Origin: an uncultured archaeon
GTDB lineage: Archaea; Thermoproteota; Bathyarchaeia; Bathyarchaeales; Bathycorpusculaceae
Reading direction: 5' to 3'
DNA length: 64,000 nucleotides
NCBI GenBank assembly: GCA_963782915.1
Contig: CAWALK010000022.1
Location: 1 to 64,000, forward strand
Under the pieces are notes generated by a model. It was not told the DNA's origin and did not search any database. It saw nothing but the letters and a program-made list of their open reading frames with translations. Position 1 is the stretch's first letter. Each line of letters opens with the position of its first letter. Made by a program: the position numbers and the translations under genes. Below are positions 1 to 8,925 of this stretch, piece after piece.

Positions 1-1
1 G

Positions 2-1243
2 CCTTCTACGCAGTACAAGACGTACCGATTTCATGCCGGCTTCACACACGATCTAGCCCGGATAATCCTCCGCGATGCACTGAAAGTCTCCCCCAACTAT
101 TACTCACAGGCACTAAACGATATCTATCGAAAAGCAACTGGCGGCAATAAGAACGCTGATGAAATAGTCCAAGAAGTGCTAAATTCAAAGCGGATTAGGA
201 CTTGCAGCTTCGAAGAAGGCCAAACCAACCTCGAAATCGATGGGTTAACCATAAAGGCGCTTAGGGCAGGCCACATTCCGGGAGCAGCCAGTTTCCTAAT
301 CGAAGGAAAAGCAGGTTCAAGGGTTTTGTATACGGGCGATTTTAGCCGAACCGACTTCTTAACAGTCAATGGTGCTCCAGACCCACCCCACGAGCAGCAG
401 AAAATTGATTTAATGATAACAGAAGCCACATATGGCGACTTGAATCAATCTCAGCACACAAGAGAACAAGAAATAACCGATTTCGTAACCCAAATCCGAG
501 CCATCCTCTCCAAAAGAGGCAGAATCCTCATACCCTCATTCGCATTGGGCAGAGCACAAGAAATCCTAGCCATTCTTCTGAAAAGCATGAAGGAAACCAA
601 CACCCTCCAATCTTACCCAATTCGAATCATGGGCATGGCAAGAAACGTAACTTACCTATGCACTGAAGACCAGAAAAACGTCTACGTCACCGCTTGGGCA
701 GCTAAGAACTTCGGTGAACTCTTCCGCAGTTGCATGTACGCTGGCTGCTCACAGGGGCTGGTACAGTTTCCATCGTCAAACTATGAAGTGGAACACACGT
801 TGATTTACGATAATGGTCCTGCACTGTTTATTGCGCCTTCTGGGATGCTGTCAGGCGGCTGGAGCCCTAAAATCGCCAGCTACCTCGCTAAAGAAGCGGA
901 ATCCGCGATACTGTTTGTGGGATACCAAGACGAGGAAAGCCCAGGCAGCAAATTCCTAAAGCTACTAACCCAAAAACAGCAAGAACCAACCGTGCAACTG
1001 AAGGTTGAGCCAAATGAACCTCTGCAAACCATCAAACTATCCTGCTTAATCGGCGATTACAGGCTCTCCGCGCACGCAACAGGGAAAGAGATTGAGGATT
1101 TCGTGGTTAAATGGCAGCCTAAGAACGTTTTCCTCGTCCATGGACCTTCGATTAATACCAAGCGCGTTTTAGAATCAGCTATCCAGAGTAGGATAGATGC
1201 ACATGTCACGATTCCAAGAAATGGAGTACAATATAACGTCTAA
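2..1243 (+). CDS. MBL-fold beta-CASP nuclease (CPSF73/RNase J-like), 5'-truncated by window edge
   Basis: Motifs AGHIPGA, VLYTGDF, TEATYG, PSFALGRAQE, SGMLSGG, VGYQ, LSAHA, LVHG; frame is open back to position 2; the HxHxDH motif would lie upstream of the window. Confidence 0.85.
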   Translation, partial: PSTQYKTYRFHAGFTHDLARIILRDALKVSPNYYSQALNDIYRKATGGNKNADEIVQEVLNSKRIRTCSFEEGQTNLEIDGLTIKALRAGHIPGAASFLIEGKAGSRVLYTGDFSRTDFLTVNGAPDPPHEQQKIDLMITEATYGDLNQSQHTREQEITDFVTQIRAILSKRGRILIPSFALGRAQEILAILLKSMKETNTLQSYPIRIMGMARNVTYLCTEDQKNVYVTAWAAKNFGELFRSCMYAGCSQGLVQFPSSNYEVEHTLIYDNGPALFIAPSGMLSGGWSPKIASYLAKEAESAILFVGYQDEESPGSKFLKLLTQKQQEPTVQLKVEPNEPLQTIKLSCLIGDYRLSAHATGKEIEDFVVKWQPKNVFLVHGPSINTKRVLESAIQSRIDAHVTIPRNGVQYNV

Positions 1244-1276
1244 TTTGTTTTGGTTAAAGAATAGAAGTAGGGAAAA

Positions 1277-2062
1277 TTATTTTTTAGAAATCTTTTGAGT
1301 AAGCAACTCGCAGATGCCATCGATGGCTTTGACCGCTTCAATATCCTTGTTCTTCAGCGGCGTCACACCCAGCATGTCGGATTCGATAATTTTTTGGTCC
1401 CATGGCACAAACGCAAGAACGTTCATGCCGTTTTCTTTAGCGAAGGTTTGTATGGCTTCTTTTTGGGCGTCATTCATGACTCTGTTGCCGATAAGATAGA
1501 GCTGTTTCATGCCGCCAGCTGCTGCCATGTCATGGATGTGTTTGGCGATTTCAAGCGACTTCATGTTAGAGTCAGCGACGATGAGCAATGCATCTACTTG
1601 TTGTGCGGTGCCTCTGCCGATATGTTCCACACCTGCCTCTAAATCCATAACGACTGCTTCGTTTACTTCAACCACAAGATGCCTAAGCAAAGCCCGGATG
1701 ACAGCGGTTGGTGCACACATGCAGCCGGCACCCATGGTATGGACTGTTCCCATGACAATCAGGTTTACACCCAACGGTGTAGGCACAGAATACTGTTTTA
1801 CGATGTCGTCAACGCTGAAGTTAAGGTTGTAGACGCCTGAATAACCGGTGCTTGTTTTGGACTCAACCAAGGGCTGATTATCTGAAATAGGAACGATTTT
1901 TCGGGTTTCCTCCGCAGTCAACCCCAAAGTTAAACCTAAATTGGGTGAAGAATCTGCATCAATTCCAATGGTTTTTAATCCGCGTTCAACAAAACCTCGG
2001 GCTATACCGCCTGCGATGAGGGTTTTACCTACTCCGCCTTTACCTGCAACAGCAATTTTCAT
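1277..2062 (-). CDS. cooC: CooC/AcsF-family Ni-insertion ATPase (CODH/ACS maturation)
   Basis: MKIAVAGKGGVGKT deviant Walker A, IDAD, GCMC (CxC) motif, DLEAGVEHIGRG. Confidence 0.85.
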   Translation of the reverse strand: MKIAVAGKGGVGKTLIAGGIARGFVERGLKTIGIDADSSPNLGLTLGLTAEETRKIVPISDNQPLVESKTSTGYSGVYNLNFSVDDIVKQYSVPTPLGVNLIVMGTVHTMGAGCMCAPTAVIRALLRHLVVEVNEAVVMDLEAGVEHIGRGTAQQVDALLIVADSNMKSLEIAKHIHDMAAAGGMKQLYLIGNRVMNDAQKEAIQTFAKENGMNVLAFVPWDQKIIESDMLGVTPLKNKDIEAVKAIDGICELLTQKISKK

Positions 2063-2137
2063 AACAACCACAAATACTAAAAACATGCGTTTGCCAAATT
2101 TATTTACGTTTCCTTGCAAAGAAAGAAGAGTTGCAAG

Positions 2138-2419
2138 TCAATATCTAAGGATTAGCTTTTGTGCGATAATCACAAAACTGTAAGCAAAACAGGCTATCAT
2201 GCCAGTGCTTACCCATTCAACACTTTTTCTATGGGAAACGTAAAGAACGGCGGTGCCAACAGAGTATTCTATTACGCCTGCAATGTCGATTGGGTATAAG
2301 ACAAAGCCAAACAGGCTAGGATAAAAGTTTCTTGCAATGTAATCCATTACGCAGTCAAAAGAGACAAAGCAAGCTATAACAGCCGTTATCATTATGACTC
2401 GTTTGATTCCCTTTCTCAT
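2138..2419 (-). CDS. small hypothetical membrane protein
   Basis: 93-aa ORF with about 3 hydrophobic segments and a purine-rich upstream sequence. Confidence 0.5.
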   Translation of the reverse strand: MRKGIKRVIMITAVIACFVSFDCVMDYIARNFYPSLFGFVLYPIDIAGVIEYSVGTAVLYVSHRKSVEWVSTGMIACFAYSFVIIAQKLILRY

Positions 2420-2516
2420 GCCAGCCCTCTCCCTTCTGCGAAGCTATTCTGCGGTTTGAGGCTCAACTGAAACAGCATCACATATAACGATGGTCATAAG
2501 TTTGAGTGGCGTTGGG

Positions 2517-3266
2517 TTACTTTTCTAGTAGCAACAGCAGAACCATCGGAACAATCCCCAACACCAAAGACACCAACTGCAACCCAGACTTTTTCAGCTC
2601 AGGAGTATCTTTACGAAGCTCAGGAATCAAATCGGACCCAGCGATATAGATAAAGTTGCCAGCAGCAAAAGGCACCAATAGAGGCACAAAACCATCAAGC
2701 ATTGAACCTAAAGCAAGCGCAATAACAGCGCCAATGACTGCGGTTAAAGCTGTTAAGAAGTTGAAGCCCAGTGCTTTCTTTTTTGTGAAGCCGCCGTAGA
2801 TGAGGACGCTGAAGTCGCCGAGTTCTTGGGGGATTTCATGGAAAATCACAGCTATAGTGGTAGCGATGCCTAATGGTATGCTTACTATGTAGCTGCCTCC
2901 GATGATTAATCCGTCGATTAGATTGTGGACGCTGTCGCCAAAGAGGTTCATGTAGGCGAAGCTGTGAGGATGCTCCTGAGACGTGGGAATATGGCAGTGA
3001 CGCCATTGTAAGAAGCGTTCTACCATAAAGGAAACCAGGATGCCAGTGATGAGTATAAGGGCGGTTTGGGTTTCGAAACCTGTTTCGATGAGTTCAGGCA
3101 TCATATGTAGAAATACGTCGCCTAGTAAGCCGCCGACTGCGAAGCTGACTAAGTAGGTGAATATTTTTTTGAGTTTGGTCTCTGTTAACCAGATGAAGAG
3201 TATGCCGATTAGGGAGATTGCGCTGATGGCGATGACGCTGCTTATGGCGAGTATCCAGTCTAACAT
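2517..3266 (-). CDS. ZIP-family divalent metal transporter
   Basis: GDSVHNLIDG and HEIPQELGDF signature motifs, His-rich loop WRHCH..EHPH, multiple TM helices. Confidence 0.92.
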   Translation of the reverse strand: MLDWILAISSVIAISAISLIGILFIWLTETKLKKIFTYLVSFAVGGLLGDVFLHMMPELIETGFETQTALILITGILVSFMVERFLQWRHCHIPTSQEHPHSFAYMNLFGDSVHNLIDGLIIGGSYIVSIPLGIATTIAVIFHEIPQELGDFSVLIYGGFTKKKALGFNFLTALTAVIGAVIALALGSMLDGFVPLLVPFAAGNFIYIAGSDLIPELRKDTPELKKSGLQLVSLVLGIVPMVLLLLLEK

Positions 3267-3295
3267 GGGTGGTTCGTGTGAGTCACCGCTGTGGG

Positions 3296-3357
3296 TTATT
3301 AAAATCTACCTAATTTCTTAATAAAACCTTATATGAGCAAACAACCAATCTTAATAA
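3296..3357. promoter_or_regulatory. putative NikR-type operator(s) in the divergent ZIP/nikR promoter
   Basis: Perfect TTATTAA-N15-TTAATAA at 3296-3324; a degenerate second copy TTATATG-N15-TTAATAA at 3329-3357. Confidence 0.55.
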
Positions 3358-3365
3358 GACCAGCC

Positions 3366-3752
3366 ATGAGCATAGTAAGCCTCTCCATACCAAAACCCCT
3401 CCTAGAAAAAATCGACACCTACATAAAAGAACAAGGCTACGCAAACCGCTCCGAAATCGTACGCCAAGCACTCAGAACATACATCTCAGAAGCCAAAAAA
3501 CTAGAAGAACTCAAAGGAACCATAGCAGCCACAATCACAATAATCTACCACAAAGGCGCCAAAACCGCACAAAACACAGACAGCCAACACCACGCCAGCA
3601 ACGTCGTACTAACCTTTCTGCATACACACATTGAGGAAGGCTACTGCATCGAAGTTATTATCGCAAAAGGCGATGCACAGGTTATGAAGGCGTATATTGC
3701 GGCTTTGAGGGCGAATAAGCAGATTTCAGAAGTCAAAGTCACCCTGCTTTAA
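3366..3752 (+). CDS. nikR: NikR-family (CopG/RHH) metal-responsive regulator
   Basis: N-terminal RHH (IVSLSIP..LL..ID..GYANRSEIVR); metal-site pattern QHH..HTH.....CIEV. Confidence 0.8.
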   Translation: MSIVSLSIPKPLLEKIDTYIKEQGYANRSEIVRQALRTYISEAKKLEELKGTIAATITIIYHKGAKTAQNTDSQHHASNVVLTFLHTHIEEGYCIEVIIAKGDAQVMKAYIAALRANKQISEVKVTLL

Positions 3753-3815
3753 CCAAGCGCTATTTCGGCAACGTTTATGTTTCTAATACAAGCTATTCGA
3801 TAGGAGGACCCCTAA

Positions 3816-4103
3816 ATGTTAGCTCAAATACCAATCAAACTTGAAAAATTAACTAAAGTTACCAGTGACAATGAAATCCTAAGAGTAGGAATCATCGCGG
3901 AATTAGACGCAATAAACCTCTATGAGCAGATGGCAGCGTTGGCAGAGAATCCAGGCATAAAGAAGGTGCTACTTGATATTGCTAAAGAAGAGAAAACTCA
4001 TGTTGCCGAGTTCCAGACGCTGCTTCTCATGAATGACAAAGAGCAAGTTGTTGAAAATGAGGCTGGCAAAAAAGAAGTTGAAGAATTAGTCGGCTCTAAA
4101 TAA
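3816..4103 (+). CDS. small ferritin-like (encapsulated-ferritin/rubrerythrin-like) protein
   Basis: AELDAINLYEQMA and EEKTHVAEF di-iron motifs. Confidence 0.85.
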   Translation: MLAQIPIKLEKLTKVTSDNEILRVGIIAELDAINLYEQMAALAENPGIKKVLLDIAKEEKTHVAEFQTLLLMNDKEQVVENEAGKKEVEELVGSK

Positions 4104-4149
4104 TTTTCGTTTTTTTTGGTCATTATTTTTCTTTTTTAATCTCAATTTA

Positions 4150-4259
4150 GCCGAAAAACTCTCTTGTTTCAACAACAACCAATGGGTTGTGCTGACGGTT
4201 GCTTTTTGGTCTGCGTCGTGTTTGGGTTGCTGGCTGGTTGCAGCTGATTCTGCAAGCAG
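4150..4259 (+). repeat. dispersed intergenic repeat, module R1, copy a
   Basis: CAACAACAACCAATGGG...TTGGGTTGCTGGCTGGTTG...TCTGCAAGCAG; aligns by eye to 25101-25220(-), 53892-54009 and 22411-22489. Confidence 0.75.
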
Positions 4260-4289
4260 TGAAAAAACATCAACACTGACCAGTTAGGT

Positions 4290-4507
4290 CTGCTTGCGAT
4301 TTTTCTCTATACCCCCCTCTATTTATAGTCTCAACAGATGCAAACGAAACCAAGATAGAAGTGGGCGTTTGTTGGTTGTCGGCGGCTTTTTTGATGCGGT
4401 TGCTATCTGGCATCTTTAGTTGATAGGCAGTTGTGCCGAGCGTCCAGCGGTTCAGGTGTAGGATAAGGTTTGTTGCTCTCAGCGGACCCCCTACCCTTAT
4501 AAAAAGG
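4290..4507 (+). repeat. dispersed intergenic repeat, module R2 (two C-string/TATA motifs about 175 nt apart)
   Basis: CTATACCCCCCTCTATTTATAGTCTCAACA ... TTTGTTGCTCTCAGCGGACCCCCTACCCTTATAAAAAG; colinear with 27881-28112. Confidence 0.7.
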
Positions 4508-4555
4508 CGGATTTTTGACAAAGCAAAGGTCAAAAACAAATAATTCTTCTGAGAG

Positions 4556-5011
4556 CTATTTTTTTAGTTGTTTAAGCTGGATTAGTCTAGGCAAAAACCC
4601 GTAACGCCCATAGAAACCAAACACTTGCTCGTTGCCCACTGAGGCTTCAACAATTTTTTCCACTGAACCGTTTTGGTCCATCCATGCAAGCGCGTTTTTC
4701 ATCAGCTGATCGCCAATGCCTAAGCCCCGATAAGCCTCACAGACGAAGATGGATTCGATTTCACCCATCTTTTTAGTATTAACACTGCTTACGAGGTACC
4801 CAACACTCTGCCCTGTTGCCTCATCAACTGCTAAGTCAATACGCATTATGCCTTTGGCGGCTTTCTCCAACAAATCCGCCTTCCTCTTCGCCCAAGTCAT
4901 AGCTGCAAAATGCTGCTTAAAATAGGTGGAACGTTCGCCCATACATCTGTTAAGCCCTTCCCATAAAGCCTTGATTTGATCGAGTCCGGTTTGGTCACTG
5001 ACTGTATACAT
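4556..5011 (-). CDS. GNAT-family N-acetyltransferase
   Basis: IFVCEAYRGLGIG (motif A), N...FGFYGRYGF. Confidence 0.9.
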   Translation of the reverse strand: MYTVSDQTGLDQIKALWEGLNRCMGERSTYFKQHFAAMTWAKRKADLLEKAAKGIMRIDLAVDEATGQSVGYLVSSVNTKKMGEIESIFVCEAYRGLGIGDQLMKNALAWMDQNGSVEKIVEASVGNEQVFGFYGRYGFLPRLIQLKQLKK

Positions 5012-5145
5012 TAATTTTTACAGCGACTGCTTTTGTTGGCATTCGAGATTCACCGTTGGGTAGCAGTGTTGTTGATTGCTTTGGCTTAAAGCTTTATTTG
5101 CGCAATACGAGCTATTCAATATTAAAGGGCTGGTTGAAGTTTTAA

Positions 5146-6001
5146 ATGGCGTCTGAACGTGCAGAAAAAGTTCAAGCTTACAGAGCACAAGACGATGAGA
5201 AACTGGAAAAGCAATTCCTCTCTGGGGAAAAGGATGAGGATTTAGGCGTCACCTGCGACGTATTTTCCGCAAAAAGCAACGTCGAGGGTCAGGATGGCGG
5301 AGTAGTCACCGCACTCCTGCAGAAGGGTTTTCGTGAGGGTTTGTTTGATGCAGCCATCGTTGTCAAACGAGTGCAGGGATACACTGCAGAAGCATTCGTT
5401 GCACAAAAACGCTGAGGATATTTTGGCTTCGAAGGGCACCACCTACCTGAAAGTTAACGTCTCAAAGAAACTCCGCGAACTCATCAGCCAAGGCAAAAAA
5501 CACATAGCCATCGTTTGCACCCCCTGCGAGGTAAAAGCAGTGAGGAAAATTCAGCAGACAATCGGCAAAGACTGCGAAGTCACGGTGATTGGGTTGTTCT
5601 GTTTTGAAGCCTTCAATTCAGCCAAACTTAAAGAAGAACTCAAAACCCGTTTAGGCATTGATTTAGATAGGGTCGAGAAAACGCAGGTTAGGCAGGGAAA
5701 ATTCACCGCTAAAGTAGAGGACCGAGAGGTTAGTTGCCGAGTAAAGGACCTTGACTGCGCCTCTGAGGTGGCGTGTAGGTTCTGTGATGATTTTACTTCG
5801 CGGCTGGCGGATGTTTCTGTGGGTTCAGTTGGCAGCAAACAGGGGTATTCGACAGTGATTGTCCGCTCAGCAGTCGGAGAACAACTGCTAAGAAATCATG
5901 AATTCGCTGTGGAAGCCGCGGATAAGCAAGAAATCATCAGAATAGCCAAATTCAAACGTGAACGCTCCAAAAAGAGCTTCGCTGACCTAAAACAGCAATA
6001 A
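5146..6001 (+). CDS. coenzyme F420 hydrogenase/dehydrogenase beta-subunit (FrhB/FdhB) family protein; frameshift near 5410
   Basis: GQDGGVVTALL, VCTPCEV, IGLFC, ACRFCDDF..ADVSVGSVGS; two overlapping ORFs join into one protein. Confidence 0.85.
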
Positions 6002-6121
6002 CAAACCAGAAATCGCCGAGTAAACCTGCAGTCAAGCGCTGAAAGCAGGCGAGTAAACGTATTGTATGCAAAAGATTTTTTAACCCAAAAGCCTCCCCTC
6101 TTAAGCTGAGATGGAAACTCC

Positions 6122-6854
6122 ATGAAAATACTAAATGAGTTTGTACCAACACGTAAATTCTTCAAGCTTGCAGATGAACTCAAAGACCTAGTTGATGGAT
6201 GGAACGTCACTGACAGCGCAGCAGGCTATCCAGCGCCAAGCGGCGTAGTCGTAAGCTGCTTACTCAAAAACAAATATCCAGAAAAATATGTCTGCCCAAT
6301 CTTCATATCTACACTATAAAGGCCCAGTTGAGGTTGGAGGATTAGCCCTTGCATCCGACATCGTTGGATTAGACGGTTTAGCAGTAACCATGGGCGACAA
6401 GCCAAGCGTTGGTGAACCAATCAAAATGCTTCCTTCTTCAGAGGCTGCACGAGACTTCATACGAAGCGACAAAGTTAAAATCAAAAACCTAAAACTCGGC
6501 TGCTTACTCAGCGCAAGATCTAACGTTGAAGACGCAATCAAACGCGCTAACGAACCATGGGACTTCGTTTACTTCATGAGACTAAATGACGACTCATTCG
6601 AGCAACTTAAAGCAGTTTCCGCGGCATGCAAGAAAATCAACAAACCACTCTTCGCGTACTTCCTAGTTGGAACAGAGAAGAACAAGGAAATTGTGAAAAT
6701 CATTGGTTGGCCAGTAACTGCCACAATGGACACTGTTGAAGAGAAAGCGGCAAGACTCGTCGGCTTAGTCGACGGTATCATCGCAACATGCGCTGGTGAT
6801 GCTGAAGGCGACAAATTGATGCTGCAGAAGCTTCAGAAGTTCCGCACAAAATAA
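6122..6854 (+). CDS. divergent methylenetetrahydrofolate-reductase (MetF)-like TIM-barrel flavoprotein; frameshift near 6312
   Basis: NEFVP..VDGWNVTDSAAG..PIF and GLDGLAVTMGD resemble the MTHFR ExxP, VTD and LxGD motifs. Confidence 0.55.
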
Positions 6855-6919
6855 AATAAACCATCGAGACCTACTGGTCTCTTCCCTTAATTTCAATTTT
6901 ATCTTTTTGTTTTTTGAGC

Positions 6920-7630
6920 CTAGATTGTTAGGTCTATTGAGTCGGCATTGGGTTTTGGCTTACGCTTGATTGCGGGAATAATGAACTCTATAACTAATAG
7001 CAATAGTATTAACGCAACGATTACAGGTACTCCCCACGAGTTTTCTTTCAAAATGAGCGTTATCCACCCAAAGTAAGGGATTCGAAGAATAACTTTACCT
7101 TCTACAAGATTCTCGGGAACACCTTGCCCGTTGTTGTGATAAACTGTGTTTGAATCGTATTCACTGGAGGATGGTACTGCGGGCCATTTTTGGCCGTTTC
7201 CATCGCCTTTTGTCTGGAAATACAGGGTTCCGTTTACTTCATAGCTTGTAACAATACGGTGTACAATAGGGGTATCTTCTGGATCAGTTGGGTCTTTGTA
7301 GACTATTATGTCACTGTTTGGATAGTTGGTGTTGAGTGTTTTGGGATCAACGCCTTGGACGATTATGATGTCGCCTACGTTGAGGGTGCGGTTGAATGGA
7401 TGCATCAGCGTCCATAATACATCATCGATCGTGTAGGGGGAAGAGGGTGGCCCTGAGATAAAGGGGCCGTCTATGCTCATGCTGCTGCTTTCCACCACCC
7501 GCAAGGGCGTAGCAGTGTTAAGTATAAAACCTAAGCTAAAGAAGAAGCCAAACACTAAGCAAACGATAAGCACAACAGGTATGATTATCTTAGCGTACGG
7601 GTGATGTCGAATCTTGCTTATGGCACCCAA
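6920..7630 (-). CDS. signal peptidase I (S26, ER/archaeal type)
   Basis: N-terminal TM, VVESSSM (Ser), GDIIIV, IVHR (His), TKGDGN, C-terminal TM. Confidence 0.88.
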   Translation of the reverse strand: MGAISKIRHHPYAKIIIPVVLIVCLVFGFFFSLGFILNTATPLRVVESSSMSIDGPFISGPPSSPYTIDDVLWTLMHPFNRTLNVGDIIIVQGVDPKTLNTNYPNSDIIVYKDPTDPEDTPIVHRIVTSYEVNGTLYFQTKGDGNGQKWPAVPSSSEYDSNTVYHNNGQGVPENLVEGKVILRIPYFGWITLILKENSWGVPVIVALILLLLVIEFIIPAIKRKPKPNADSIDLTI

Positions 7631-7735
7631 TCTATAGCCTCTTTTCCATGCTTAATTCAATGCAGGTTAATAAGAAAATGGGGAATCAGCGGACATCCAT
7701 AAAGCGTTTCACTTTTAAAGAATAAATTTAAGTTC

Positions 7736-8524
7736 TTGCACAGTCAGGCATGTTTAGGAGAGACAGCTACGAACATAGTTCAAGTAATCCCAGTAGAAGG
7801 CTTACCATTAATCCAAAACGGCGACAACCTCGGCAAACTCATCGTTGAAGCAGCAAAAAAGCAAGGCACACCAATCCAACCCCATGACGTAATCGTTGTT
7901 ACCCATGTGGTTGTTTCGAAGTCAGAGGGCAATGTGGTTAACTTGGATGAAGTTAAACCCTCGGAGAAAGCCATCGAAATCGCCAAGCAAACCAACAAAG
8001 ACCCAGCGTTAGTCGAGGTTATTCTGCGGGAAACTAAAGAAATCGTACGCATCGGCCAAAACAGCATAATCACCGAAACAACCAGCGGCATAGTCTGCGC
8101 CAACGCAGGAGTTGACCGCTCAAACGTAGCAGGCAACAGAAACGTCGTACCATTACCCAAAAACCCCAACGCTTCAGCCGCCGCAATCCGTAAAGAAATC
8201 ATGTCTCAATCGGGTGCAGAGGTAGCCGTGATTGTTTCGGACACACACGGAAGACCGTTCAGGATGGGCGAAATCAACATAGCAACTGGATTCGCAGGGT
8301 TCAAACCCATCAGAGACAGACGTGGCGAAAAAGACCTATTCGGTTACGTCTTACGCATAAAACAAACCGCTATAGCGGATGAATTAAGCTCCGCTGCTGA
8401 ACTTGTTATTGGGCAGGCTAACGAAGGCATCCCAGCAGCCATAGTCAGAGGCTACAATTACACCTCAGACGAAAACGCCACCACAGTGCTTACTCGGCCA
8501 AAAGAAAAAGACCTCTTCCGATAA
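7736..8524 (+). CDS. cofE: coenzyme F420-0:L-glutamate ligase
   Basis: VVSKSEG, CANAGVDRSN, VIVSDTHGRPFR.G, ADELSSAA..VIGQ..EG.P..IVRG; start codon uncertain. Confidence 0.93.
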   Translation: MHSQACLGETATNIVQVIPVEGLPLIQNGDNLGKLIVEAAKKQGTPIQPHDVIVVTHVVVSKSEGNVVNLDEVKPSEKAIEIAKQTNKDPALVEVILRETKEIVRIGQNSIITETTSGIVCANAGVDRSNVAGNRNVVPLPKNPNASAAAIRKEIMSQSGAEVAVIVSDTHGRPFRMGEINIATGFAGFKPIRDRRGEKDLFGYVLRIKQTAIADELSSAAELVIGQANEGIPAAIVRGYNYTSDENATTVLTRPKEKDLFR

Positions 8525-8568
8525 GAGGGAATTCAAGAAGGTTCAAAAAGAGGCAACCGAGTAAACAC

Positions 8569-8925
8569 TTGTATAAATCAAGAGTTGGAAAGGATGGAAG
8601 CACACTACACCCACAAGAATTCTTCGAAAAAATCTTACCCACACGATTTAAAGCTGAAAAAGCCGCAGGCGTAGATGTAGTCGCTCAAATCAATGTGTCT
8701 GGGCCTGAAGGCGGCAACTGGGCAGTAACTGTGAAAGACCAGAAACTAACAGTCACTGAAGGAGTCAATCCATCACCCAGCCTAACATTAAAAATGAGTT
8801 TAGAAGATTTCTTGGATTTAGTTAACGGAAAATTAAGTGCAGAAAAAGCCTTCTTCACTGGAAAAATCCAGTTTAAAGGCAACATCGCAGTCGCACTCAA
8901 ACTGCGGGATGCTGGTTTTCTATAA
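8569..8925 (+). CDS. SCP2 sterol/lipid-binding domain protein
   Basis: GGNW.V.V....L.V.EG..P..TL...DF..LVNGKL...AFF.GKI..KG. Confidence 0.85.
   Translation: MYKSRVGKDGSTLHPQEFFEKILPTRFKAEKAAGVDVVAQINVSGPEGGNWAVTVKDQKLTVTEGVNPSPSLTLKMSLEDFLDLVNGKLSAEKAFFTGKIQFKGNIAVALKLRDAGFL

Noticed and set aside
4150-4507. CRISPR array interpretation of the recurring motifs
   Set aside because: Copies are degenerate, about 175 nt or many kb apart, with homologous rather than unique spacers; no cas genes in the window
4270-4539. ORFs overlapping the repeats (also 25084-25329, 27722-28104, 53755-54131)
   Set aside because: No protein motifs, and reading frames are not conserved between repeat copies
6016-6058. 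CGAGTAAAC twice here and once near 8558
   Set aside because: A 9-mer with three occurrences and no symmetry; insufficient support for a regulatory call
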